This document shows, piece after piece, positions 9,214-18,038 of a stretch of DNA of 21,990 nt. The notes under the pieces were generated by a model. It was not told the origin of the DNA, did not search any database, and was given only the letters and a program-made list of their open reading frames with translations. Both the position numbers and the translations under genes were made by a program. Source of the stretch: a bacterium (GTDB taxonomy: Bacteria > Zhuqueibacterota > Zhuqueibacteria > Oceanimicrobiales > Oceanimicrobiaceae); the NCBI GenBank assembly GCA_046758365.1, contig JBHIAC010000041.1:1-21990 (forward strand), in the 5' to 3' direction. Position 1 is the first letter of the stretch. Each line of letters opens with the position of its first letter.

Positions 9214-10413
9214 ATGAAAATCTATCAATTTTTGAAATCAGTAATCACTGTAATTATCCTTTTATCTATAATTTCAGTATCGGGAGATCGGAATTTAGTG
9301 GCTGGAAAAAATAATCGACCGCGAGCTAAAAACCTTGAGTTACAAATCGGGATACTCCGTTCAGGTCAATGGAATGCTATCACTGATGTCAAAGGTGTCA
9401 AAGTGGGGCACGTTACTTTAATTAAGGGCGATAATATTCGCACGGGTGTGACAGCCATTCTTCCACATGGGGGAAATCTCTTTCAACAAAAAGTTCCTGC
9501 AGCGATTTACGTAGGCAACGGCTTTGGAAAATTGTGTGGATATACCCAAGTAGAAGAATTAGGCAATATTGAAACGCCAATACTTCTAACAAATACTTTA
9601 AATGTTCCAAAAGTTGCGGATGCTCTAATAGACTATATGATTCAAATAAAAGGAAATGAAAATATCCGTTCAATTAATCCAGTCGTGGGAGAAACAAACG
9701 ATGGTTGGCTTAATAATATTCAAGGAAGACATGTAAGTAAAAACGACGTATTTCAAGCCATTAATAAAGCCAAGTCTGGACCTGTCGAAGAAGGCTCTGT
9801 GGGTGCCGGTACAGGAACAATGTGTTTGGGATTTAAGGGTGGCATTGGAACCTCTTCAAGAATTTTACCAGAAAATTATGGTGGTTATCGAGTCGGAGTA
9901 TTAGTGCAAACAAACTATGGAGGTATTTTAGAAATAAACGGCGCGCCCGTGGGTAGAGAACTTAGAAAATATTATCTCGCAAATAAAATCTACTATCCCG
10001 AAGACGATGGTTCATGTATGGTAGTTGTAGCCACTGACGCACCTATTTCTTCAAGAAATTTAAAACGCTTAGCAAAGCGTGCCTATTCGGCCTTAGCTAA
10101 AACTGGTGCTTTCTCTTCTAACGGGAGTGGTGATTATGTTATTGCTTTTTCAACTTACTCTTCCAATCTCATACAACACAAAGCTGAAAAAAACACCAGA
10201 AAAGTTGAGCTGCTTCTAAATGATCAACTTTCACCTCTTTTTCTGGCAGTCGTTGAAGCCACTCAGGAGGCCGTTTACAATTCCCTATTTCGAGCCACTA
10301 CTATTATTGGTAGAGATGGTCATATAGGCGAAGCCATACCTATCGATAAAGTCGTGGAAATTTGTAGAAAATATAACGTATTAAATTGGGATAAAACTCT
10401 TTCATCAAATTAA
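9214..10413 (+). CDS. dmpA: DmpA/BapA-like (peptidase S58/P1) L-aminopeptidase/D-esterase with N-terminal signal peptide
   Basis: NAITDV.GVKVGHVTL, RTGVTAILPH, NGFGK, PVVGETNDG, EGSVGAGTG, GFKGGIGTSSR, autocleavage-type G-S in DGSCMVVVATDAP, NGSGDY. Confidence 0.93.
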   Translation: MKIYQFLKSVITVIILLSIISVSGDRNLVAGKNNRPRAKNLELQIGILRSGQWNAITDVKGVKVGHVTLIKGDNIRTGVTAILPHGGNLFQQKVPAAIYVGNGFGKLCGYTQVEELGNIETPILLTNTLNVPKVADALIDYMIQIKGNENIRSINPVVGETNDGWLNNIQGRHVSKNDVFQAINKAKSGPVEEGSVGAGTGTMCLGFKGGIGTSSRILPENYGGYRVGVLVQTNYGGILEINGAPVGRELRKYYLANKIYYPEDDGSCMVVVATDAPISSRNLKRLAKRAYSALAKTGAFSSNGSGDYVIAFSTYSSNLIQHKAEKNTRKVELLLNDQLSPLFLAVVEATQEAVYNSLFRATTIIGRDGHIGEAIPIDKVVEICRKYNVLNWDKTLSSN

Positions 10414-10431
10414 TAGCCTAACTAATTAGTT

Positions 10432-10656
10432 ATGATGAATTTTGATACATTTGGAAAATTTTTTATATTTCTTGGTCTATTATTTTTAGCGATAGGAGTA
10501 TTTTTTGTTTTTATAAAACAAATCCCATTTTTGGGGAAGCTACCAGGAGATATTCTTATTCACAAAAAGAATTTTACATTTTATTTCCCCATCACAACTT
10601 CTATAGTTTTAAGCATACTGTTATCAATTATATTCTATTTTTTAAGTAAAAGATAA
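10432..10656 (+). CDS. DUF2905 family small membrane protein
   Basis: Two TM helices flanking LGKLPGDI....NFTFYFPITTSI. Confidence 0.9.
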   Translation: MMNFDTFGKFFIFLGLLFLAIGVFFVFIKQIPFLGKLPGDILIHKKNFTFYFPITTSIVLSILLSIIFYFLSKR

Positions 10657-10681
10657 AAATATCAATTGAATAAATTTTAAA

Positions 10682-12025
10682 ATGATTACCTCAAGTGTTA
10701 AAGTCCATCATATTGCCAAGATTACATTTTCTAGTCTTATTATTACATCCTTGTCTCTCTTTGCAAAGTCATCTATACAAGAAGATGCAAATAAAAATCA
10801 AGTTGTACATGTTATTAAAGTCGAGGGTATTATTAATCCCGTATCTGCTGAGTTTATTACTAAATCAATTAAACGGGCCGAAGAAGCATACACTCATTGT
10901 CTAATAATTGAGTTGGATACACCAGGGGGGTTAATGGAATCTATGCGACAAATTACAAAAGGAATGTTATCCTCTGAAATTCCAATCATTGTTTATGTAT
11001 CTCCACCAGGCTCACGAGCAGCCTCTGCGGGGGTGTTTATTTCCTACGCGGCTCATTTGGTAGCCATGGCTCCGAGTACTAACATTGGTGCAGCTCATCC
11101 AGTCAATATAGGTGGAGCTGCGGACACATCTTCCGTAATGAATGATAAAATTACCAACGATGCTGTTGCTCAAATGAAGGCATTGGCTGAAAAAAGAGGT
11201 CGCAATGTTGAGTGGGCCGAAAAAGCCGTTCGGGAAAGTGTTTCCATTACAGAAAAAGAAGCACTCGAATTGAACGTCATAAATTTCATATCCCCTTCAG
11301 TGGATAGTTTACTAAAGCAAATGGACGGTGTACAAGTAGAAGTAGCCTCAGGTAAATATACCTTGAAAACTAAGAATGCACGCATTAAGTACAAGGAAAT
11401 GAATTGGCGCTATAAAATCCTTGACAAAATTTCTAATCCAAATGTGGCGTACATTTTATTATTACTTGGGATTTATGGTCTTTTTTTCGAGTTAGCCAAT
11501 CCTGGAGCCGTTTTTCCTGGTGTGGTAGGAGCTATATTTTTAATTTTGGCCTTTTTTGCTCTGCAAACCCTACCTGTGAACTATGCTGGTTTGCTTCTAA
11601 TTTTACTCGCGATAGTTTTGTTTATTCTTGAAGTCAAAATTACAAGTTACGGTTTGTTGACTATTGGAGGAATCGTTGCAATGTTATTAGGGTCCCTTAT
11701 GCTCATTGAACAACCTCCCGATAAATTTGCACCTAATCTTTCTATTTCCTTGGAATTAATAATTACATTTGTAGCTTTTACAGCAGCGTTTTTTATTTTT
11801 GCTATTGGTATGGTAGTAAAAACCCATCGAACAAAAGTGACAACCGGTATCCAAGGCATTGTTGGAGAAAAAGGTGTTGCACAAACTAAAATTTCTCCGG
11901 AAGGAAATGTAAAGGTACATGGCGAAATTTGGAAAGCATTTAGTGATAATACGATAAAAAAAGGCGAAAAAATTCGTGTGGTTTCTGTGGACGGTTTAAG
12001 ACTTAAAGTAAATAAAGACACGTAA
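10682..12025 (+). CDS. nfeD: long-form NfeD, membrane-bound ClpP-class serine protease
   Basis: ELDTPGGL, RAASAG (catalytic Ser), MAPSTNIGAAHPV, TM region, C-terminal OB-fold G.VKVHGEIWKA; followed by slipin. Confidence 0.95.
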   Translation: MITSSVKVHHIAKITFSSLIITSLSLFAKSSIQEDANKNQVVHVIKVEGIINPVSAEFITKSIKRAEEAYTHCLIIELDTPGGLMESMRQITKGMLSSEIPIIVYVSPPGSRAASAGVFISYAAHLVAMAPSTNIGAAHPVNIGGAADTSSVMNDKITNDAVAQMKALAEKRGRNVEWAEKAVRESVSITEKEALELNVINFISPSVDSLLKQMDGVQVEVASGKYTLKTKNARIKYKEMNWRYKILDKISNPNVAYILLLLGIYGLFFELANPGAVFPGVVGAIFLILAFFALQTLPVNYAGLLLILLAIVLFILEVKITSYGLLTIGGIVAMLLGSLMLIEQPPDKFAPNLSISLELIITFVAFTAAFFIFAIGMVVKTHRTKVTTGIQGIVGEKGVAQTKISPEGNVKVHGEIWKAFSDNTIKKGEKIRVVSVDGLRLKVNKDT

Positions 12026-12057
12026 AATTAATTTTTAGTAAGAAAAGGACACTAATT

Positions 12058-12169
12058 ATAGACTTCTGCAAAATAGGGTGTACAACCTTTAGGTTGAGAT
12101 TGTCATAAGCAGGCTAAAGCCTGTACACCCATTTTGAGCATGCTTTAAATTAATTTTGCAGAAGCCTAA
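12058..12169. mobile_element. MITE-like element (~112 bp) with terminal inverted repeats, flanking direct repeats and an internal REP-like doublet
   Basis: TIRs TAGACTTCTGCAAAAT (12059-12074) and ATTTTGCAGAAGCCTA (12153-12168), 15/16 match; flanking direct repeat ACACTAATT(A) at 12049 and 12170; inner inverted units at 12076-12096 and 12110-12130. Confidence 0.75.
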
Positions 12170-12197
12170 ACACTAATTAAGAAAAGGAGGACAGGAA

Positions 12198-12941
12198 ATG
12201 CCATTTATCACCGTATTAATAGTTTTTGGTGCCATGCTTTTAGCTAGTGCCATAAGAATTTTACGAGAATATGAAAGAGGGGTAATTTTTAGATTGGGTC
12301 GTTTAGTGGGTGCCAAAGGCCCGGGGCTTATTTTGCTTATTCCTCTAATTGATCGTATGGTTAAAGTAAGCCTGCGTACCGTGGCTATGGACATCCCACC
12401 CCAAGATGTTATCACCAAAGATAATGTCTCTGTTAAAGTGAATGCCGTTTTATATTTTAGAGTTATGGATCCATCGAAATCAATAACAGAGGTTGAGGAC
12501 TACCTTTACGCTACTTCCCAATTAGCCCAAACGACCCTTCGAAGTGTGTTGGGTGGAGCTGAATTAGATGAAATGCTGTCCCAAAGAGAAAAAATAAATA
12601 CCAGTTTACAGGAAATAATCGATCGCCACAGTGATCCTTGGGGAATAAAAGTCTCACTGGTAGAAATTAAACATGTGGACTTGCCCCAAGAAATGCAGCG
12701 GGCCATCGCTAAACAAGCAGAAGCAGAACGAGAACGACGTGCAAAAATTATTCATGCAGAAGGAGAGTTTCAAGCCTCACAAAAATTAAGGGATGCTGCT
12801 GAAGTTATAAGCCCCTTTCCACAGGCGCTGCAACTGCGCTTTTTACAGACCTTGACGGAAGTAGCAGCAGAAAACAATTCGACGATTGTCTTTCCATTAC
12901 CTATCGATTTGGTGCAACATTTTTTTAAAGGCAAAAAATAA
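12198..12941 (+). CDS. slipin / stomatin-like SPFH (band 7) protein
   Basis: [76 protein letters not shown]. Confidence 0.96.
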   Translation: MPFITVLIVFGAMLLASAIRILREYERGVIFRLGRLVGAKGPGLILLIPLIDRMVKVSLRTVAMDIPPQDVITKDNVSVKVNAVLYFRVMDPSKSITEVEDYLYATSQLAQTTLRSVLGGAELDEMLSQREKINTSLQEIIDRHSDPWGIKVSLVEIKHVDLPQEMQRAIAKQAEAERERRAKIIHAEGEFQASQKLRDAAEVISPFPQALQLRFLQTLTEVAAENNSTIVFPLPIDLVQHFFKGKK

Positions 12942-12944
12942 GCA

Positions 12945-14222
12945 TTGAATTTAAAAGAAAAATTAAGGCAACTTGAGAGCCTGCCCTATCACAAGGGGTT
13001 TTTTCAATATCAAAAAATTCCAATAAGTTCTAATAATCAAATCGATAAAGTCATTCATGGTAAATATGAAGATTCGCCAGATGGGAGATATTTTTGTCGT
13101 TATATAAAATTCACACAAGAATATTGTCACGGCATAGTTATTATAACCTCCTATCTCGATAAATCTTCTGCTCTACTCTCTTTAATCGGTAAGAGCACAG
13201 ATTTTGACGGAGTTGATCTTAGGAAAACAATTTTTATTGATACCGAAACTACTGGCTTATCTGGAGGCAGTGGCATCTGTGCTTTTTTGGTAGGGGTTGG
13301 GTATTTTACTGAAAAGGACTTCTGTATTGCCCAATATTTTATGAACGATTTTAATGAAGAAAAAGCTTTACTAAACCAAATCAATCATCTTATTGAAAAA
13401 CATGATATTTTGGTGAGCTATAACGGCAAATGTTTTGATATCCCTCTATTGATTTCGAGAAATGTTTATCACCGGATGAAGATCCCTCTTTCGAACATTT
13501 TACATCTAGACCTTTTATTTACCGTACGGAGGCTCTGGAAACATAAACTACCAGACTGCACACTTGGGACAACAGAAGCACAAATATTAAAGGCTTCTCG
13601 AATTGGTGACATACCAAGTCACTTAATTCCAGATATCTATTTCCAATATTTACGAAATAAAGATGCTAAACCGTTAAAGGCAATATTTTATCATAATCAA
13701 CAAGATATTCTCTCATTGGTGGCATTAGCAATCAAAGCTTGTCAAGCTTTCGAAAATCCAATGGAAGAGGCAGACAGCTTTGATGATATTTTACCCTTGG
13801 GAAAAGTATATGATGGATTAGCACAATTTGATGATTCAATTGCTTTATACAATGAGTTTAGAGAAACAGCTTGTGAAAAGACAAATCGCAGAGAATTGTT
13901 GTTTAGGATTGCATTCAATTATAAAAAGTTAAAAAAATGGGCCAAAGTGTCAGAAGTCTGGAAGCAATGTATAGCTACAGAGAAATTTCATCCGGTGCCA
14001 TATATTGAATTGGCAAAATACTATGAACACAGAGAAAAAAATTATTTCAGAGCAAAAAATTTAGTGGAAAAGGCTTTAAAAGAAATGAATATAATAGAAG
14101 AGTTGTATGGAAAAGATGAATGGACAAAATACAAAAATGACTTAGAGTATCGACAGCATAGGCTCATAAAAAAGAGTCAAGGCAATTTTTATACAGAGAC
14201 ACCCTCTTTCAATATTCATTGA
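12945..14222 (+). CDS. YprB/MrfB-like RNase H-fold (DEDD) exonuclease with C-terminal TPR repeats
   Basis: FIDTETTGLSGG, LVSYNGKCFDIP, HLDLL, HNQQDI; helical C-terminus with ELAKYYEHR; TTG start 3 bp after the slipin stop. Confidence 0.9.
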   Translation: MNLKEKLRQLESLPYHKGFFQYQKIPISSNNQIDKVIHGKYEDSPDGRYFCRYIKFTQEYCHGIVIITSYLDKSSALLSLIGKSTDFDGVDLRKTIFIDTETTGLSGGSGICAFLVGVGYFTEKDFCIAQYFMNDFNEEKALLNQINHLIEKHDILVSYNGKCFDIPLLISRNVYHRMKIPLSNILHLDLLFTVRRLWKHKLPDCTLGTTEAQILKASRIGDIPSHLIPDIYFQYLRNKDAKPLKAIFYHNQQDILSLVALAIKACQAFENPMEEADSFDDILPLGKVYDGLAQFDDSIALYNEFRETACEKTNRRELLFRIAFNYKKLKKWAKVSEVWKQCIATEKFHPVPYIELAKYYEHREKNYFRAKNLVEKALKEMNIIEELYGKDEWTKYKNDLEYRQHRLIKKSQGNFYTETPSFNIH

Positions 14223-14301
14223 GCGCATTAGCCGACATCACTGAACAATTTCAAATTACCTAATTTTCAAATATTCCGGAGACCACAGACAAACGAATAT
14301 A

Positions 14302-14847
14302 CTATTCTACCCTTTTAAAAATATGAAAACCAAATTCGCTTTCTATGATTTCACTAATTTCTCCGGGTTTTAAATTTAATATGACGGATTCAAACTCTGG
14401 CTGGAAGTCACCTTTATTAAAATATCCTAAATCTCCACCCCGTTGAGCGGCTGGACCAATGGATTTGGATTTGGCTAATTTTTTAAAATCCACGCCTGCT
14501 TTTAACTCATTTAAAATGCTTTCCGCGGTTGCACGGTCTTTTACTATAATTTGAAAGGCTCTATATCCATCACCGCGCAGAGCGATTCGGCTGTCAGTAA
14601 CCGACTCTTTCCATATCCATCCTTCGATTCTTACTTTTACCCATTTAGGGGAATCTTCTAATACTGTCATAGAAGTCCCTTTTACCAATGAACCGATCTT
14701 CTTTCCGCTGGGGGCGTCTCTGAGATTTTCAGAAGGTGTTTTAACGTATATTCTCTTCCCTTTTGGAAAATCAATTACAGTATAGGCAAAACAAACACCT
14801 AAAAATAGAAAGGCTAGCGCGCTAGCTAAAAAAAACCTCCGTTTCAT
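14302..14847 (-). CDS. exported SH3b-domain plus parvulin-type peptidyl-prolyl isomerase
   Basis: Signal peptide; ENLRDAPSGKKIG...WVKVRIEGWIW (bacterial SH3); GGDLGYF..GDFQPEFE...LKPGEIS.IIESEFGFHIF (rotamase); SD-like GAGGGAGG directly upstream. Confidence 0.88.
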   Translation of the reverse strand: MKRRFFLASALAFLFLGVCFAYTVIDFPKGKRIYVKTPSENLRDAPSGKKIGSLVKGTSMTVLEDSPKWVKVRIEGWIWKESVTDSRIALRGDGYRAFQIIVKDRATAESILNELKAGVDFKKLAKSKSIGPAAQRGGDLGYFNKGDFQPEFESVILNLKPGEISEIIESEFGFHIFKRVE

Positions 14848-14897
14848 TCCTCCCTCTAAATGGTTAAATTATTTAAAAATTATACCTTAATTATTTT

Positions 14898-16382
14898 TTA
14901 TTTTCTCCCATTTGTTACATCATTACTTTTACGATATAAACCAATTTCTAGATCAACAATTTTTCCTTTTACAACCCTTACATTCTCAATAATTTTTCGA
15001 TAATATCCTCGACTTTTTATTTCTAAGGTATAATAACCTGGTTTTATTAGGCGATAAAACATTCCAAATTGGGGATCGGTTACCCTGGACTTTACGTAGT
15101 CTGCTGAAAATTCTTTTACTTGAACTTCGGCAAATAACGGCTCTTTTGTATAGGCGTCAAAAATGTGTCCTCTAATTCCTGTTTCAAGAAGTCGATCAAA
15201 GAGATAATAGGCCCCTTTAAGGTTTTCTTTCATTATAAATGGTATACTTTCATCTGAGGGGAAATATTCGGTTCCCGCCTCAACAATATAGTCAAAAACT
15301 CTTAATTGACCGTACATCCAAATTGAACTTTGCCCTACCCTTCCATTGAGGGGAAGAATTGAATATTGCCCTCGCCCAGACTGTCTTTTCATTTTAGATG
15401 CCATCTTGCTGGCTATATCAACGATTAAATCTAAATCTGGTGGCTGTTTAAAATTTCCCCAAGGAAATAGGATAGACTCCCCATAGCTGTGATATGAAAT
15501 CCCAATTACAAAGTTTTCTCTTATAACTAAATTTTTTATAGCTTGAGTTTCTTTCTCAGAAAAAGGTTGAGTTCCACGATAAAACCAACTACTTGTTTTA
15601 CCGTCTCCACCTTCATCCCAATTATAACCATAATTGCGATTTAAATCGACGCCGTCATATAATGGATCAAAAATGCCATCGCCATTGTTATCATGCAAAT
15701 TTTTGCGCCACCAAGGAAATCTAATATTATTTTCTAAAACATATTTGTAACCGTCCGGGTTAACCACTGGCACAAACCAAATCTCGATTGACTCTACCCA
15801 ATTTGTAATTTTGTTATCCTGACCGTAATTTTCACAAAGGGTTTGGACTAAATTTAGACAGATATTTGCTCCTATCGGTTCTCGAGCGTGGTGAACTCCT
15901 GTAAACAAAATCCTAGGTTCGTCTTCTTGGTGGATGGCATTATCTGATATTTTTACCGCCCAAATAGGTAGACCAAGTGCCGTAGATTCACCAATTTGTT
16001 CAATAATTAAAATATCAGGATATCTTAATTGTAAAACATGCAGCTTTGTTTCAATTTCACCATACGATTTATAGGAAGCAGTGATCGTGGAATTCCTGCT
16101 ATGCCCAGATATCATAGCTATTTGAAAACCACTTTTACGAAGCTCAAGCAATTGATTTTCAGAAACTGAAGCATCAATATATTTACCTCCATTTTTTTTA
16201 ATTAATTTAAAATCAAATTTTCTCAGGCGAAGGGTATCCTGAGGTGAAGGTGTAAATATTCGAACATCAATCTTAGCTTCTGCTCTTCTACCATTAGGAG
16301 CAATTAATAATACATATCCAGAAAGTAAAGCAATCAAACTTAACAAATAGGCTCTTGCCTTAAGCAGTGCGTGATTTTTCAT
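14898..16382 (-). CDS. M14 zinc carboxypeptidase (carboxypeptidase T-like) with C-terminal carboxypeptidase-regulatory-like domain
   Basis: HHARE (HxxE), VNPDG, WRKN, GVDLNRNY, PFSEKET, SYHSY, catalytic Glu in VEAG; N-terminal signal/anchor. Confidence 0.92.
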   Translation of the reverse strand: MKNHALLKARAYLLSLIALLSGYVLLIAPNGRRAEAKIDVRIFTPSPQDTLRLRKFDFKLIKKNGGKYIDASVSENQLLELRKSGFQIAMISGHSRNSTITASYKSYGEIETKLHVLQLRYPDILIIEQIGESTALGLPIWAVKISDNAIHQEDEPRILFTGVHHAREPIGANICLNLVQTLCENYGQDNKITNWVESIEIWFVPVVNPDGYKYVLENNIRFPWWRKNLHDNNGDGIFDPLYDGVDLNRNYGYNWDEGGDGKTSSWFYRGTQPFSEKETQAIKNLVIRENFVIGISYHSYGESILFPWGNFKQPPDLDLIVDIASKMASKMKRQSGRGQYSILPLNGRVGQSSIWMYGQLRVFDYIVEAGTEYFPSDESIPFIMKENLKGAYYLFDRLLETGIRGHIFDAYTKEPLFAEVQVKEFSADYVKSRVTDPQFGMFYRLIKPGYYTLEIKSRGYYRKIIENVRVVKGKIVDLEIGLYRKSNDVTNGRK

Positions 16383-16487
16383 AATAGCTGGCGTAGATTA
16401 GTTAATTCACTAAATTTATTTAAAAGAAATAGAATTGTTTAATATATTTAAACTTCTCTGATATTATAAAAATTCCAGAGACGATAA

Positions 16488-18026
16488 TTATAGAGCTCTT
16501 AAAAATTGTACAGAGTTATAAGCAAAATCAGCTAATGGCGCCCAATAAACGCCGAGTAATATGGTAGGGATGACTAAAACAGCAAGTAGGATTACATAAT
16601 ATGGAGAAACAGTTAATACAGCCGATTCTTTTTTTTCTACTCTTTCTAAAAACATAGATTTTAAAATACGCGCATAGTAATAGAGTGAAATAACGCTATT
16701 AATAATGCCAACAACGGCTAACCAATAATATTCTGTACCACCCTTAATCAAAGCAGCGAATAGATAGAATTTGCCTACAAAACCTGCGGTAGGAGGTAAG
16801 CCTGTTAGCGAAAATAAAAAGACCCCCATAGCTACGGCTGGAATCGGGGCTCTCCAAGCTAATCCTTTATAGTCATTAATATTCTCGCTACCTATCAAGT
16901 CTTGATTTACTATGACAACTAGAAAAGCGCCCACATTCATAAGATAATATACCACCAAATAGAATATGGTTGCGTAAATTCCTTGTTCAGAAAGAAGTAC
17001 CGTGCCCATCAACGCATAACCGGCATGAGCAATGCTAGAATAAGCTAACAAGCGTTTAATATTATTCTGAACAATTGCGATTAAATTTCCTAAAGTCATG
17101 GTCGCAGCAGAAATAACAGCTAACAGTTGAGGCCAATCGAGACCAGCTAAGGAAAACCATTCAGAAGAATTACCGTTGGACCCCCCAGAAACCAATGCCA
17201 CATTAAAAAACCGTATAAGCAATGCAAAACCAGCGGCTTTGGGTCCCACGGACAATAAGGCTGTAATTGGCGTTGGTGCTCCCTCATAAACATCAGGAGC
17301 CCAAAAGTGAAATGGCACCGCCGCGATTTTATATCCAAAACCCGCTAAAATTAACAACACGGATATAAATAAAGTCAATTTATCTGGACTGGTGGTGCTT
17401 AGGACTTCACGGATTTCATAAATATTTAAAGTACCGGTAAGGCCATAAATCAGTGATATACCATAAAGCATTAAACCCGAAGAAAAGGCTCCATAAATAG
17501 CATATTTCAAACCCGCCTCACTGGATCTTCTCCGAGTTTTTAAATAAGTGGCCAATATAAAGGAAGTTACACTGACCAATTCTATTGAAATGAAAATTGT
17601 AATCAGGTTTGTAGCAGAGGCCATTAAAAACATACCCAAGGTAATGGTTAATAGTAAAGTAAAATATTCACCTACAGGCCTTCCTGCAAGTTCAATAGAG
17701 CCAATGGAGAGAAAAACAACCAAAAACGTAGACGCTAAAAAAAGTAATTTAAAATAAAGAGCGAATGGATCGACCGCCAGCATATTATTGAAGATGGAAT
17801 GGCCTCCCAAGAAGATGGATCGACCTCCCAACTTATATTGCCAAAGTACAGCGATGAATACAATAATCAAACCACCTGAGGCAAAAAATGAAGTCCAAGG
17901 AGAGTTTTTTTTCTTTAGAACCATATCAACTATAACCAGAATTAAAATTACAGCAGTTAATAGTAATTCTGGTATAAAATAGCTCAGGCTTTCGATATTA
18001 TTTTGTAAAGTGGATGTATATTCCAT
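16488..18026 (-). CDS. nuoN: NADH-quinone oxidoreductase subunit N
   Basis: SSEAGLKY, KIAAVPFHFWAPDVYEGAPTP, KRLLAYSSIAHAGY, SLTGLPPTAGFVGKF; ATG at 18026 (in-frame GTG at 18032 is an alternative). Confidence 0.96.
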   Translation of the reverse strand: MEYTSTLQNNIESLSYFIPELLLTAVILILVIVDMVLKKKNSPWTSFFASGGLIIVFIAVLWQYKLGGRSIFLGGHSIFNNMLAVDPFALYFKLLFLASTFLVVFLSIGSIELAGRPVGEYFTLLLTITLGMFLMASATNLITIFISIELVSVTSFILATYLKTRRRSSEAGLKYAIYGAFSSGLMLYGISLIYGLTGTLNIYEIREVLSTTSPDKLTLFISVLLILAGFGYKIAAVPFHFWAPDVYEGAPTPITALLSVGPKAAGFALLIRFFNVALVSGGSNGNSSEWFSLAGLDWPQLLAVISAATMTLGNLIAIVQNNIKRLLAYSSIAHAGYALMGTVLLSEQGIYATIFYLVVYYLMNVGAFLVVIVNQDLIGSENINDYKGLAWRAPIPAVAMGVFLFSLTGLPPTAGFVGKFYLFAALIKGGTEYYWLAVVGIINSVISLYYYARILKSMFLERVEKKESAVLTVSPYYVILLAVLVIPTILLGVYWAPLADFAYNSVQFLRAL

Positions 18027-18038
18027 TTTCACATTTAA

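Noticed and set aside
14244..14276. Weak 7-mer-like periodicity (CAATTTCAAATTACCTAATTTTCAAAT) between convergent genes
   Set aside because: Too degenerate to distinguish from AT-rich background
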